Assembly: GCA_017538085.1 (NCBI GenBank)
Contig: JAFYJP010000151.1
Span: 1 to 42,823 of the forward strand
Origin: Bacteroidales bacterium
GTDB lineage: Bacteria; Bacteroidota; Bacteroidia; Bacteroidales; BM520
Length of the DNA stretch: 42,823 bases
Reading direction: 5' to 3'
Made by a program: the position numbers and the translations under genes
The notes under the pieces: generated by a model
What the model saw: only the letters and a program-made list of their open reading frames with translations
Databases searched by the model: none
What the model was told of the DNA's origin: nothing
Shown: positions 29,259-38,533 of the stretch, one piece after another
How positions within the stretch are numbered: the stretch's first letter is position 1
How the letters are laid out: each line of letters begins with the position of its first letter

Positions 29259-31046
29259 TTAATCTAATTTCAGCACTGCAAGGAAAGCGGATTGTGGCAC
29301 TTCTACGTTGCCTATCTGGCGCATTCTCTTTTTGCCTTGTTTCTGTTTTTCAAGAAGTTTTCTTTTACGGGTTATATCGCCGCCATAGCATTTTGAGGTG
29401 ACATCCTTACGGACGGGCTTGACGGTTTCGCGGGCAATGATTTTGGAGCCGATTGCAGCTTGAATTGCGATTTCAAACTGCTGACGCGGAATGAGTTCCT
29501 TCAGCTTTTCACACATCCTTCTGCCAAAGGCGTAAGCATGGCTTTCATTGATGAGGGATGAGAGAGCATCAACCATTTCGCCGTTGAGAAGTATGTCAAG
29601 TTTCACGAGTTTGGCTGGATGGTAGTCAGAAATGTGATAGTCAAGTGATGCATAGCCTCTTGATATGCTCTTGAGTTTGTCGTAGAAGTCGAAGATTATT
29701 TCGCCGAGAGGCATGTCGAAGGTTAGCTCGACGCGGGTGTCGGTAAGATAAACCTGGTCTTTCACGGTGCCGCGTTTTTCGATGCATAGAGTCATGATTG
29801 GACCTATGAACTCGGATGTGGTGATGATTTCGGCCACGATGAAAGGTTCTTCTATATGTTCGATGGTTGTGGACTCCGGTAGTCCGGAAGGGTTATAGAC
29901 GTCAATTACTTTGTCATTGGTCAGATAAGCTTTGTAGTTGACATTTGGGACGGTGGTTATGACATCCATATCGAATTCGCGGTCGAGGCGTTCCTGAACG
30001 ACTTCCATGTGGAGCAAGCCGAGGAATCCGCATCTGAAACCGAAGCCAAGTGCTGCCGAAGATTCCGGCTCAAAATAAATGCTGGCATCGTTGAGTTTCA
30101 ATTTTTCAAGAGAAGAACGCAATTCTTCGTATTTGTCGGCATCGGTAGGGTATATGCCCGCGAAAAGCATAGGCTTAACCTCCTCAAAACCTTCGATTGG
30201 CTTATCGCACGGATTTTTGACAAGTGTGACCGTATCACCGACTTTCACTTCAGTTGAATCCTTTATTCCTGAAATAATGTACCCCACATCGCCTGCGCTT
30301 AAGGTATCGGTAGGGAAGCGTTGTAGTCGCATTATCCCGATTTCCTCGGCATTATATTCATGATCAGTGCTCATGAATTTGCACAAGTCGTTGGTATGCA
30401 GTGTGCCATTCATGATGCGGCAGTATGTGATGATTCCTCTGAACGGGTTGAAGAGAGAGTCGAAGATGAGCATCTGCAATGGTGCATTAGGGTCTCCCTC
30501 CGGGCATGGTATTTTTTCCACTATTGCATCAAGGATGGCCTTCACGCCTTCACCTGTCTTGGCACTTACGCGGAGTATGTCGGTTCTGTCGCATCCTATC
30601 AGGTCCACGATTTCGTCTTCCACCTCGTCGGGCATGGCATTGGTCATGTCCATTTTGTTCATCACAGGGATGATTTCGAGATTGTTATCTATAGCTTTGT
30701 ATAGGTTGGCAATGGTTTGGGCCTGAATGCCCTGTGTGGCATCGACAACGAGGATGGCACCTTCGCAGGCAGCGATGGAACGGCTGACTTCGTATGAAAA
30801 ATCAACATGTCCTGGGGTGTCGATGAGGTTGAGAATATATGTTTCGCCTTTATACTCATAGCGCATCTGAATGGCATGGCTCTTAATTGTGATGCCGCGT
30901 TCACGCTCCAAATCCATGTCGTCAAGCGTCTGATTTTGAAGTTCCTTCCCTTTGACGGTTCCTGTGATTTCAAGCATACGGTCGGCTAATGTACTCTTAC
31001 CGTGGTCAATATGTGCTATAATGCAGAAATTTCTAATGTTTTTCAT
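29259..31046 (-). CDS. lepA: translation elongation factor 4
   Basis: Motifs [15 protein letters not shown] and [10 protein letters not shown]. 595 aa, with a canonical LepA N-terminus. Confidence 0.97.
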   Translation of the reverse strand: MKNIRNFCIIAHIDHGKSTLADRMLEITGTVKGKELQNQTLDDMDLERERGITIKSHAIQMRYEYKGETYILNLIDTPGHVDFSYEVSRSIAACEGAILVVDATQGIQAQTIANLYKAIDNNLEIIPVMNKMDMTNAMPDEVEDEIVDLIGCDRTDILRVSAKTGEGVKAILDAIVEKIPCPEGDPNAPLQMLIFDSLFNPFRGIITYCRIMNGTLHTNDLCKFMSTDHEYNAEEIGIMRLQRFPTDTLSAGDVGYIISGIKDSTEVKVGDTVTLVKNPCDKPIEGFEEVKPMLFAGIYPTDADKYEELRSSLEKLKLNDASIYFEPESSAALGFGFRCGFLGLLHMEVVQERLDREFDMDVITTVPNVNYKAYLTNDKVIDVYNPSGLPESTTIEHIEEPFIVAEIITTSEFIGPIMTLCIEKRGTVKDQVYLTDTRVELTFDMPLGEIIFDFYDKLKSISRGYASLDYHISDYHPAKLVKLDILLNGEMVDALSSLINESHAYAFGRRMCEKLKELIPRQQFEIAIQAAIGSKIIARETVKPVRKDVTSKCYGGDITRKRKLLEKQKQGKKRMRQIGNVEVPQSAFLAVLKLD

Positions 31047-31053
31047 AATTCTG

Positions 31054-31061
31054 CAAATATA
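31054..31061 (-). promoter_or_regulatory. -7 promoter box (minus strand TATATTTG) directly in front of lepA
   Basis: Exact TAnnTTTG with only 7 nt between the box and the lepA ATG. Confidence 0.45.
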
Positions 31062-31096
31062 GTGTTTTTTTAATTAACTAATTTGAAAATTTGGAG

Positions 31097-31104
31097 TATC
31101 TTTG
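31097..31104 (+). promoter_or_regulatory. -7 promoter box TATCTTTG for the FKBP-gap unit
   Basis: Exact TAnnTTTG, 45 nt upstream of the ATG at 31150. The ORF-track TTG start at 31102 falls inside this box. Confidence 0.55.
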
Positions 31105-31149
31105 CAGAAACAAATTATCGTGAAAATTAAAATTAAAAAATATCAAAAA

Positions 31150-32100
31150 ATGAAAAAGTTATGTTCAATCCTTATTTTGGTAATTCTGGGAATAGGATTA
31201 TCATTTCAATCTTGTAACAAAAACAAGTCTAATGTTAAATTAGAAAACAAGGCTGATTCAGTAAATTATGCCTGGGGCGTTTATTGGGGCGAGTCATATA
31301 AGTCTGAGCTTTCAAAACTCCCTGAAATAGATTATAATGTTTTACTTAAGAATTTCAAGAATTATTTGTTTTCAGATGGTGAATACATGTCACTTCAAGA
31401 TGCAGAGAATGTTATGTCAGAATTCTTCCCGAAGTACAATGATATGGTTAAGGACGAAACCGGACAGACAAAAATGACTCCTGGCGTTGACTACGATAAG
31501 AATGACATCAGCGCTGCAATGGGAACATTTTCCGCAGATAATGTCAAGAATGGTTTCGCTGATATGCCTTGTGGATTCAACAAAGATATGTTCTACTATG
31601 GTTTTGAAGCATCACTTAAAGGCACAAAAGCAGCTTTGGACCCAACTAAAGCATCTTCAATAATTGATGCTTATTCAGAGGAAGTGAGAGCTGCACAGAT
31701 GACAGCGGAAGCAGAAGTAAAGGATAATAATGAAGAATATTTGGCAAACAATAAAACTAAAGAAGGTATGATAACAACAGAAAGCGGATTACAATACCGC
31801 GTAATCAGACAGGGTAGCGGTGCAAAGCCTACAGCTGAAAGTACGGTTAAAGTTCATTACACAGGTACATTGACCGATGGCACAAAGTTCGACAGTTCTT
31901 ATGACAGAGGTACACCTGCAGAATTTCCTGTGAATGGAGTTATTCTTGGTTGGCAGGAAGGTCTCCAGCTTATGCCTGTGGGCTCAAAATATGAATTCGT
32001 CATTCCACCTGAGCTCGGTTATGGCAGCCGTGACCTTGGCAGTATTCCTCCTAACTCAATCCTCCTTTTTGAGGTTGAACTTCTTGGCATTGTAAAGTAA
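31150..32100 (+). CDS. FKBP-type peptidyl-prolyl cis-trans isomerase lipoprotein (FkpA-like)
   Basis: Signal peptide with lipobox (LSFQSC), then FKBP motifs [20 protein letters not shown] and LFEVELLGI. Confidence 0.88.
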   Translation: MKKLCSILILVILGIGLSFQSCNKNKSNVKLENKADSVNYAWGVYWGESYKSELSKLPEIDYNVLLKNFKNYLFSDGEYMSLQDAENVMSEFFPKYNDMVKDETGQTKMTPGVDYDKNDISAAMGTFSADNVKNGFADMPCGFNKDMFYYGFEASLKGTKAALDPTKASSIIDAYSEEVRAAQMTAEAEVKDNNEEYLANNKTKEGMITTESGLQYRVIRQGSGAKPTAESTVKVHYTGTLTDGTKFDSSYDRGTPAEFPVNGVILGWQEGLQLMPVGSKYEFVIPPELGYGSRDLGSIPPNSILLFEVELLGIVK

Positions 32101-32128
32101 TAACAATTAATTCAAAGTATTGCAATAA

Positions 32129-33157
<1,029 letters not shown>

Positions 33158-33173
33158 TCTGTTCCAATAATTG

Positions 33174-33219
33174 AAAAAAAGGCGGCTTTATTGATTTTCT
33201 CAATGAAGCCGCCTTTTTT
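33174..33219. terminator. bidirectional intrinsic terminator between gap and the convergent ThrE-family gene
   Basis: A7 tract, then an 8-bp GC-rich stem GGCGGCTT (33181-33188) pairing with AAGCCGCC (33206-33213), then a T6 run (33214-33219). Confidence 0.8.
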
Positions 33220-33238
33220 AGTTCTGCCTCTTTCCTGT

Positions 33239-34471
33239 TTACTTCGATTTGCTCAAATATGGCAAATGTCGCATTATCTCTTCAATTAAAACTATACCAA
33301 AAGCTATGGCAACCGTGATTTTTATGGATAAAAATCCACTTGATAGCGCAAGGTGTGTCTGACCTGCAACGAGATAGTATGAGGTCCAGAAAAGACCGCC
33401 GCCTGGAACGAGCGGGAAAATGCCACAGATTAGATACACTGTCACAGGACAGCGGCGTAATACTGCAAAAACGCGCGACACTATCAGGACCGCCATGGCT
33501 CCAAAGACTGTTGCTTCGGCAGGTGAGCATCCAAGACGAAAAGCTGAAAGATACACCAACCATCCCATGGCACCGGCAAGACCGCAGTAAAGGTAATGCT
33601 TGCGCGGTGTCCCAAATAAAATGGAGAATGCTGCAGTTCCGAAAAATGCCGCAGCAAGTTGCCACCATATTTTTGCAGTAATAGCATCAGTTGACATCCC
33701 ATTGAGCGGTATTATTCCGTCCATTATGACTCCATCAACAAGAAAGGCGAAAATGACCCCTAACGCTATGCACAGAAATATCATGAAGGCGTCTAATAGT
33801 CGTGTGATGCCAGCTAAATAGTCCTCGTTGGCAATATCTCTTATGCCGTTGGTAAAGGGTATTCCAGGCACCAGCGGAATGATGGCACCGATAATCATAT
33901 TGCCGAGATTGTCACCTGCGCCCAAATGATATGCCAGAATACAGATGGCTGCCGCAATGAAACCACCGCTGATGTTTACAAAGATACGGCTCAAGTACTT
34001 GTTCCCGACAAAGACTATAAAGACGTATAGCAGCAGTCCGGCTATGAAAGAGACCAGACTGTCGTAGAGACTGCCGCCAAATATCATTGAGAAGAATCCC
34101 GCACCGAAAGCGCTGCCCAGTATCTGTTCCCATTTGGGCTTAGGCTTCATATTTCTGATGGCGGTTAACCTTTCACGAAGCTGTGACAGGGATAAATTCT
34201 TATCTGCCACGTCACGTGAAATCTGATTTACTTCAACCACCTTGTCGAGACTTGCGCTCCGAAGGGGAATGTACTGGGCTTTGGAGTAGCCTTCGCCTGT
34301 TGCAATGATGCCGTTGGAAAGGACGAAAAAGTTTCCGTTATCGGCACCATAATGACGGGCTATTCTCTGCATGGTGTCTTCAACCCTCGAAATTTGCGCC
34401 CCATTTTCAAGGAGTATCTTACCTGCTTCATTGGCAAGTTCTAATGCTTCGTGATTTTGGCTTTCTTTCAA
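33239..34471 (-). CDS. threonine/serine exporter (ThrE) family protein, fused two-domain form
   Basis: A soluble N-terminal region is followed by about 10 TM helices. This matches the fused ThrE (DUF1212 plus DUF3815) architecture, recognised by pattern only. Confidence 0.6.
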   Translation of the reverse strand: MKESQNHEALELANEAGKILLENGAQISRVEDTMQRIARHYGADNGNFFVLSNGIIATGEGYSKAQYIPLRSASLDKVVEVNQISRDVADKNLSLSQLRERLTAIRNMKPKPKWEQILGSAFGAGFFSMIFGGSLYDSLVSFIAGLLLYVFIVFVGNKYLSRIFVNISGGFIAAAICILAYHLGAGDNLGNMIIGAIIPLVPGIPFTNGIRDIANEDYLAGITRLLDAFMIFLCIALGVIFAFLVDGVIMDGIIPLNGMSTDAITAKIWWQLAAAFFGTAAFSILFGTPRKHYLYCGLAGAMGWLVYLSAFRLGCSPAEATVFGAMAVLIVSRVFAVLRRCPVTVYLICGIFPLVPGGGLFWTSYYLVAGQTHLALSSGFLSIKITVAIAFGIVLIEEIMRHLPYLSKSK

Positions 34472-34483
34472 GATACTGCGGTG

Positions 34484-35362
34484 TTATTTTTTCTCTTCAG
34501 CCTTCTTAAGAGGCAATACGCCAGCCATGTCGCCTATGACATTGACAAGCTCGGAATCGGATGGAAGAACTATCTTAGCATTGTTTCTCAATGAGGTTTC
34601 GACTGCTTCTATCTTTCTGAGAATCTGTGCGTTTCCTATAAAATATTTCTGTGCTGCCTCATTGACTAAACGTATCGATTCAGCTTCACCTTCTGCCTTT
34701 AATATCATTGACTGTCGCAAACCTTCGGCTTCCTTGATTTTTGCACGTTTTGTACCGTCAGCGGTTGTCTCGGCAGCAGTTGCAAAGTCAATGGCGGAAA
34801 TTTTTTCATTTTCAGCCTTGACGACTTTGTTCATGGTTTCCTGTACATCTGGCGGAGGATCAATCTGCTTTAATTCGGCGCGTACAATGCTGATTCCCCA
34901 TTTCTGCGTTTCTTCGGAAAGAATCTGGTGCAGTTCGGTGTTAATTCTGCCTCTTTCGCTGTTGGCGGATTTGAGGGTGAGTGTGCCAATGATGTTACGC
35001 AAAGTCGTTCTTGCAAGATTTACTATCTGATACTGGTAATTGTTTACATTGTACAACGAGCTTTTTACGCCTTCTTCCGTGTCGATGACTTTGAAATATA
35101 TCTGTGCATCAACACTTGCATTCAGGTTATCGTTGGTGATGATTTCCTGCGGCTCGGCATCAACCATCTGTTCGGTGACGTTTACTCTGTACATTTTGTC
35201 GATTAGTGGTATTATCCAGTGTAGTCCCGGATGTGCAAAACTATGGTATCTTCCCAATCTCTCTATCAATGCGCGGTGAGTGGGCCTTACTACCTTGAAT
35301 CCGCTCAGGATAAAGATTATTACCACTAATGCAATTATCACGATAAGCATATACGTTTGCAT
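34484..35362 (-). CDS. SPFH/Band 7 (stomatin-like) family protein
   Basis: N-terminal TM helix, then an SPFH core (VVRPTHRALIERLGRY...ITNDNLNASVDAQIYFKV) and a coiled-coil tail. Confidence 0.85.
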   Translation of the reverse strand: MQTYMLIVIIALVVIIFILSGFKVVRPTHRALIERLGRYHSFAHPGLHWIIPLIDKMYRVNVTEQMVDAEPQEIITNDNLNASVDAQIYFKVIDTEEGVKSSLYNVNNYQYQIVNLARTTLRNIIGTLTLKSANSERGRINTELHQILSEETQKWGISIVRAELKQIDPPPDVQETMNKVVKAENEKISAIDFATAAETTADGTKRAKIKEAEGLRQSMILKAEGEAESIRLVNEAAQKYFIGNAQILRKIEAVETSLRNNAKIVLPSDSELVNVIGDMAGVLPLKKAEEKK

Positions 35363-35418
35363 GGTTTCTGTTGCTTAGTTATATCCCATCAAGCCCGTCG
35401 GTTTTAAGTATTTTTGTG

Positions 35419-35426
35419 CAAAGGTA
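35419..35426 (-). promoter_or_regulatory. -7 promoter box (minus strand TACCTTTG) for the SPFH-ThrE unit
   Basis: Exact TAnnTTTG, 56 nt upstream of the ATG at 35362. Confidence 0.5.
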
Positions 35427-35471
35427 AATAAAAAATAAGATATGATAACAGGTAATTGTCATAATTTGATT

Positions 35472-35479
35472 TATCTTTG
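35472..35479 (+). promoter_or_regulatory. -7 promoter box TATCTTTG for the radical SAM gene
   Basis: Exact TAnnTTTG, 46 nt upstream of the ATG at 35526. Confidence 0.5.
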
Positions 35480-35525
35480 CAATTGTACGACCATAGTGGA
35501 TTGATAGTCGCGCAGTTAATGTAAA

Positions 35526-36341
35526 ATGACCGAATGTAAACTTTGTCCCCATCACTGCAACATTGCCGAAGGCAAATCCGGCTTATGCCTTGCAAGAACG
35601 AATGTCAGCGGAAACATCGTCTGTACCGCTTATGGAAGACTGACCGCTGCCGCTCTTGACCCGATTGAGAAGAAGCCACTTTATCATTTCTTTCCGGGTT
35701 CAAAGATTTTTTCAATTGGAAGTTATGGATGTAATATGCGATGTCCGTTTTGTCAGAATTATGATATTTCTACAAACAAGGATATTGATACCGAGAAGGT
35801 GACTCCAGAGCAGGTCGTCAATATTGCAATCAGTCTTATTCCTCGCGGAAACATCGGCATTGCCTTCACTTACAATGAAATGTTGACGAACTATGAGTTC
35901 GTTGTCGAAACATCCCGTCTCGCTCGTGATAAGAATCTGAAGACTGTCATTGTGACTAATGGAATGATTACTGAAGAGTATCTCAAGCCATTGCTGCCAC
36001 TAACCGATGCAATGAATATAGATTTGAAATGTTTTTCTGAGAGTGGATATCGCAAGTTGGGCGGTGACTTGCAGACAGTGCTTGAGACTATAAGGCTGGG
36101 TGCGGCATCATGTCATGTGGAAGTTACAACACTGATTGTCCCAGGGTTCAGTGACGATGAGGAAACCATGAGAGGAATCTCAAAGTTTATCGCCGAGATT
36201 AATAAGGATATTCCACTTCATATCACTCGGTATTTTCCTCATTATAAGTATGACAGTCCGCCTACAGATATCAGTGTGATGAGGCGGTTGGCTACCATCG
36301 CCAGCGAGAAACTGACATTCGTGCATTTGGGAAACATCTGA
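35526..36341 (+). CDS. radical SAM enzyme of the AmmeMemoRadiSam type
   Basis: CX3CX2C cluster (GCNMRCPFCQN), an N-terminal CKLCPHHC...GLC cysteine motif and DPIEKKPLYHF. At 271 aa it is compact for the family. Confidence 0.7.
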   Translation: MTECKLCPHHCNIAEGKSGLCLARTNVSGNIVCTAYGRLTAAALDPIEKKPLYHFFPGSKIFSIGSYGCNMRCPFCQNYDISTNKDIDTEKVTPEQVVNIAISLIPRGNIGIAFTYNEMLTNYEFVVETSRLARDKNLKTVIVTNGMITEEYLKPLLPLTDAMNIDLKCFSESGYRKLGGDLQTVLETIRLGAASCHVEVTTLIVPGFSDDEETMRGISKFIAEINKDIPLHITRYFPHYKYDSPPTDISVMRRLATIASEKLTFVHLGNI

Positions 36342-36365
36342 ATTTCACAGGTGGGTTTTCGTTAA

Positions 36366-37133
36366 TTAAAAGAAGACTGCCAGATTAAGTCCGGCGCCAT
36401 TGTAAAACGGCATGCAGACGACTGAAGGAGAGTGTGAGGTGTCGCGGAAGATTTTCGGATAAATCCAATATGCGAACCTGGTACTCATTATGCCTATCGC
36501 AGCACCGGCCAGCACATCGTTTACCCAATGCCGGTTGTTGTATATTCTCAGACATCCTGTCGCTGTTGCCACCCCGTAACCTATAATTCCTATCCAGGGA
36601 TAGCTGTCGCGATATTCCCTGTACAGGAGTTCAGCCCCCATGAAAGCCGTGGCGGTATGTCCCGAAGGAAATGATTTGGTGGAGCCGTTGTCGGGTCGCG
36701 GTTCCTTCATGACTGCTTTCATGGAATAAATGCATAATTCCATCGTGGCTGCCGAAATTGCAAGAATTATTGTCCTGTCCTTGAAGTTGTGAATACCTTT
36801 GACGTTGGCCAGATTGAGCACATATAATGAGACTGTCGGCAGATATTGAATGTAGTTATCGACACTGGTTTTGTGGGTGTGTGCAGAAAATAAATCCTGG
36901 AAATCATTTCTCCGCTCAATGAGCCACGGATTGTAAACAGACCATGCTGATACTCCGAAAACAGCTGCCGGAACTGCAAAATCATACACATTCATTTTAT
37001 GCGAATCGTGAATTGTCAGCCTGTTTTGTACAGACAGACTGTCACTGTTGGTCTGCTGTGCCAGAAGTGCAGATGTCATTATGATGGCGCAGACTGTCAA
37101 GACGAGAGTTTTGATGTTGAAGGTGATTCCCAT
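36366..37133 (-). CDS. integral-membrane PAP2 family phosphatase
   Basis: All three PAP2 motifs are present: KEPRPDN, PSGHT and RIYNNRHWVNDV. Several TM helices. Confidence 0.8.
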   Translation of the reverse strand: MGITFNIKTLVLTVCAIIMTSALLAQQTNSDSLSVQNRLTIHDSHKMNVYDFAVPAAVFGVSAWSVYNPWLIERRNDFQDLFSAHTHKTSVDNYIQYLPTVSLYVLNLANVKGIHNFKDRTIILAISAATMELCIYSMKAVMKEPRPDNGSTKSFPSGHTATAFMGAELLYREYRDSYPWIGIIGYGVATATGCLRIYNNRHWVNDVLAGAAIGIMSTRFAYWIYPKIFRDTSHSPSVVCMPFYNGAGLNLAVFF

Positions 37134-37167
37134 AAAAGTGAATTGATTTTACAAATTCCCCGGTTGA

Positions 37168-37175
37168 CAAAAATA
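37168..37175 (-). promoter_or_regulatory. -7 promoter box (minus strand TATTTTTG) for the membrane PAP2 gene
   Basis: Exact TAnnTTTG, 34 nt upstream of the ATG at 37133. Confidence 0.5.
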
Positions 37176-37187
37176 CAAAAAAAGTTG

Positions 37188-37195
37188 TATTTTTG
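37188..37195 (+). promoter_or_regulatory. -7 promoter box TATTTTTG driving the riboswitch-yhhQ transcript
   Basis: Exact TAnnTTTG, 18 nt upstream of the first paired nucleotide of the putative aptamer. Confidence 0.55.
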
Positions 37196-37210
37196 CAGCC
37201 CAAAATTAAT

Positions 37211-37252
37211 CGAGGGAGTACTAGGAAACCTCCCGTTATAATAAAAACTAGA
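37211..37252 (+). promoter_or_regulatory. preQ1 class I-like riboswitch (H-type pseudoknot)
   Basis: P1 is GGGAG (37214-18) paired with CUCCC (37230-34). P2 is loop CUAG (37221-24) paired with CUAG (37248-51), after an A-rich L3 (GUUAUAAUAAAAA). The layout and the AAAAACUA tail resemble the Bacillus subtilis queC aptamer. It ends 3 nt before the ATG of a YhhQ-type gene. Confidence 0.7.
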
Positions 37253-37254
37253 TC

Positions 37255-37938
37255 ATGAAACCAAAAGCTGTTCCATTGTCATTTATGGTTATGGGTATTG
37301 TGTTTTGTACTTGCCTGATAACCAGTAACCTATTAGAAACTAAGATAATTCAAATCGGTAAATTTTCCTTAACCGGCGGGTTCATTGTATTCCCAATCAG
37401 TTACATTATCAACGACTGCATTTCAGAGATTTGGGGATTCAAAAAGACCAGGCTGGTTATTTGGATGGGGTTTATGATGAATTTTCTTGTGATTATATTG
37501 TGTAATGCTGCCATAGCGCTTCCATCTGCTCCTTTCTGGGAAGGTGATGAGGCTTTCAGATTCGTGTTTGGTCTGGCACCTCGTATTGCTGTGGCAAGTC
37601 TTGCTGCTTTTCTTGTGGGAAGTTTTATCAACGCTTATGTCATGAGTAAGATGAAACTCCGTGACAATGGGAAACGATTTTCCTTACGTGCGATTCTTTC
37701 GACGCTTGCGGGCGAAGGTTCTGATTCGTTGATATTTTTCCCGTTGGCTTTTGGCGGACTGATGCCTGTAAATGAATTGGTTAAGCTTATGATATTGCAG
37801 GTGACAGCTAAGACGCTTTATGAAATTATGGTGTTGCCTTTTACCGTTCAGGTTGTGAAATACGTCAAACGAATCGAAAACACCGATGTGTATGATAATG
37901 ATATTTCATACAAATTCTGGGATGTCAGGGATTTGTAA
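37255..37938 (+). CDS. yhhQ: queuosine precursor transporter (YhhQ / COG1738, VUT family)
   Basis: Six-TM protein with an FPISYIINDCISEIWG motif, preceded by a preQ1-like aptamer. Confidence 0.8.
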   Translation: MKPKAVPLSFMVMGIVFCTCLITSNLLETKIIQIGKFSLTGGFIVFPISYIINDCISEIWGFKKTRLVIWMGFMMNFLVIILCNAAIALPSAPFWEGDEAFRFVFGLAPRIAVASLAAFLVGSFINAYVMSKMKLRDNGKRFSLRAILSTLAGEGSDSLIFFPLAFGGLMPVNELVKLMILQVTAKTLYEIMVLPFTVQVVKYVKRIENTDVYDNDISYKFWDVRDL

Positions 37939-38007
37939 TCTGATGTGAGTCACTTGCTTACGGAAAGTGGCAGGTTTCAGCCATGCGACTTTCCAATATG
38001 TTGTCTG

Positions 38008-38505
38008 TTACAAACGTGTGATGGTGTCAATTATCTCTTCCAGATACTTGGCATCGATTTCATCGAATGTGCTGATTTCCGTGCTGTCGATGTCGAGGAC
38101 GCCGAGAATTTCCGGTCGGTAATCGGTTTCAGTGCCATTGCTTACATTGAATATGGGGACGACTATTTCGGAACGTGACAGAGTGCTGCACGCAATGTGC
38201 CCTGCAAACTTTTCGACATCTGGGACAATGATGGTTTTTCGCTGTTGCCATGCAGTGCCGCAGACTCCGCGGCCTTTTTTTATCCTCAGACATGCAACGC
38301 TGCCTTGAAATGGTCCCAATACTAACTCATCTCCTTCCACAAGATAGAAACCTACCCAGAAAAAGCCCATGACATCATGTATGATGGCGCAAGTCTCAGA
38401 CAATATAGCAATCTTGTTTGTCTCGTCTTGCAGCAATGATTTCAATTGTTGCAACAATGTTTCGTACTTTTTCTGCTTATCTTGTATCAATTGCTCGTTT
38501 TGCAT
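38008..38505 (-). CDS. msrC: GAF domain protein, free methionine-(R)-sulfoxide reductase family (MsrC/YebR-like)
   Basis: Motifs VGFYLVEGDELVLGPFQGSVACLRIKKGRGVCG, HIACSTLSRSEIVVPI and LGVLDIDS. Confidence 0.75.
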   Translation of the reverse strand: MQNEQLIQDKQKKYETLLQQLKSLLQDETNKIAILSETCAIIHDVMGFFWVGFYLVEGDELVLGPFQGSVACLRIKKGRGVCGTAWQQRKTIIVPDVEKFAGHIACSTLSRSEIVVPIFNVSNGTETDYRPEILGVLDIDSTEISTFDEIDAKYLEEIIDTITRL

Positions 38506-38533
38506 AGTTCTGTCTGTTATATGTATTCTGTCT

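Noticed and set aside
35404-35595. 63-aa minus-strand ORF across the divergent promoter region and the 5' end of the radical SAM gene.
   Set aside because: It covers two promoter boxes and overlaps a supported CDS, and shows no recognisable features.
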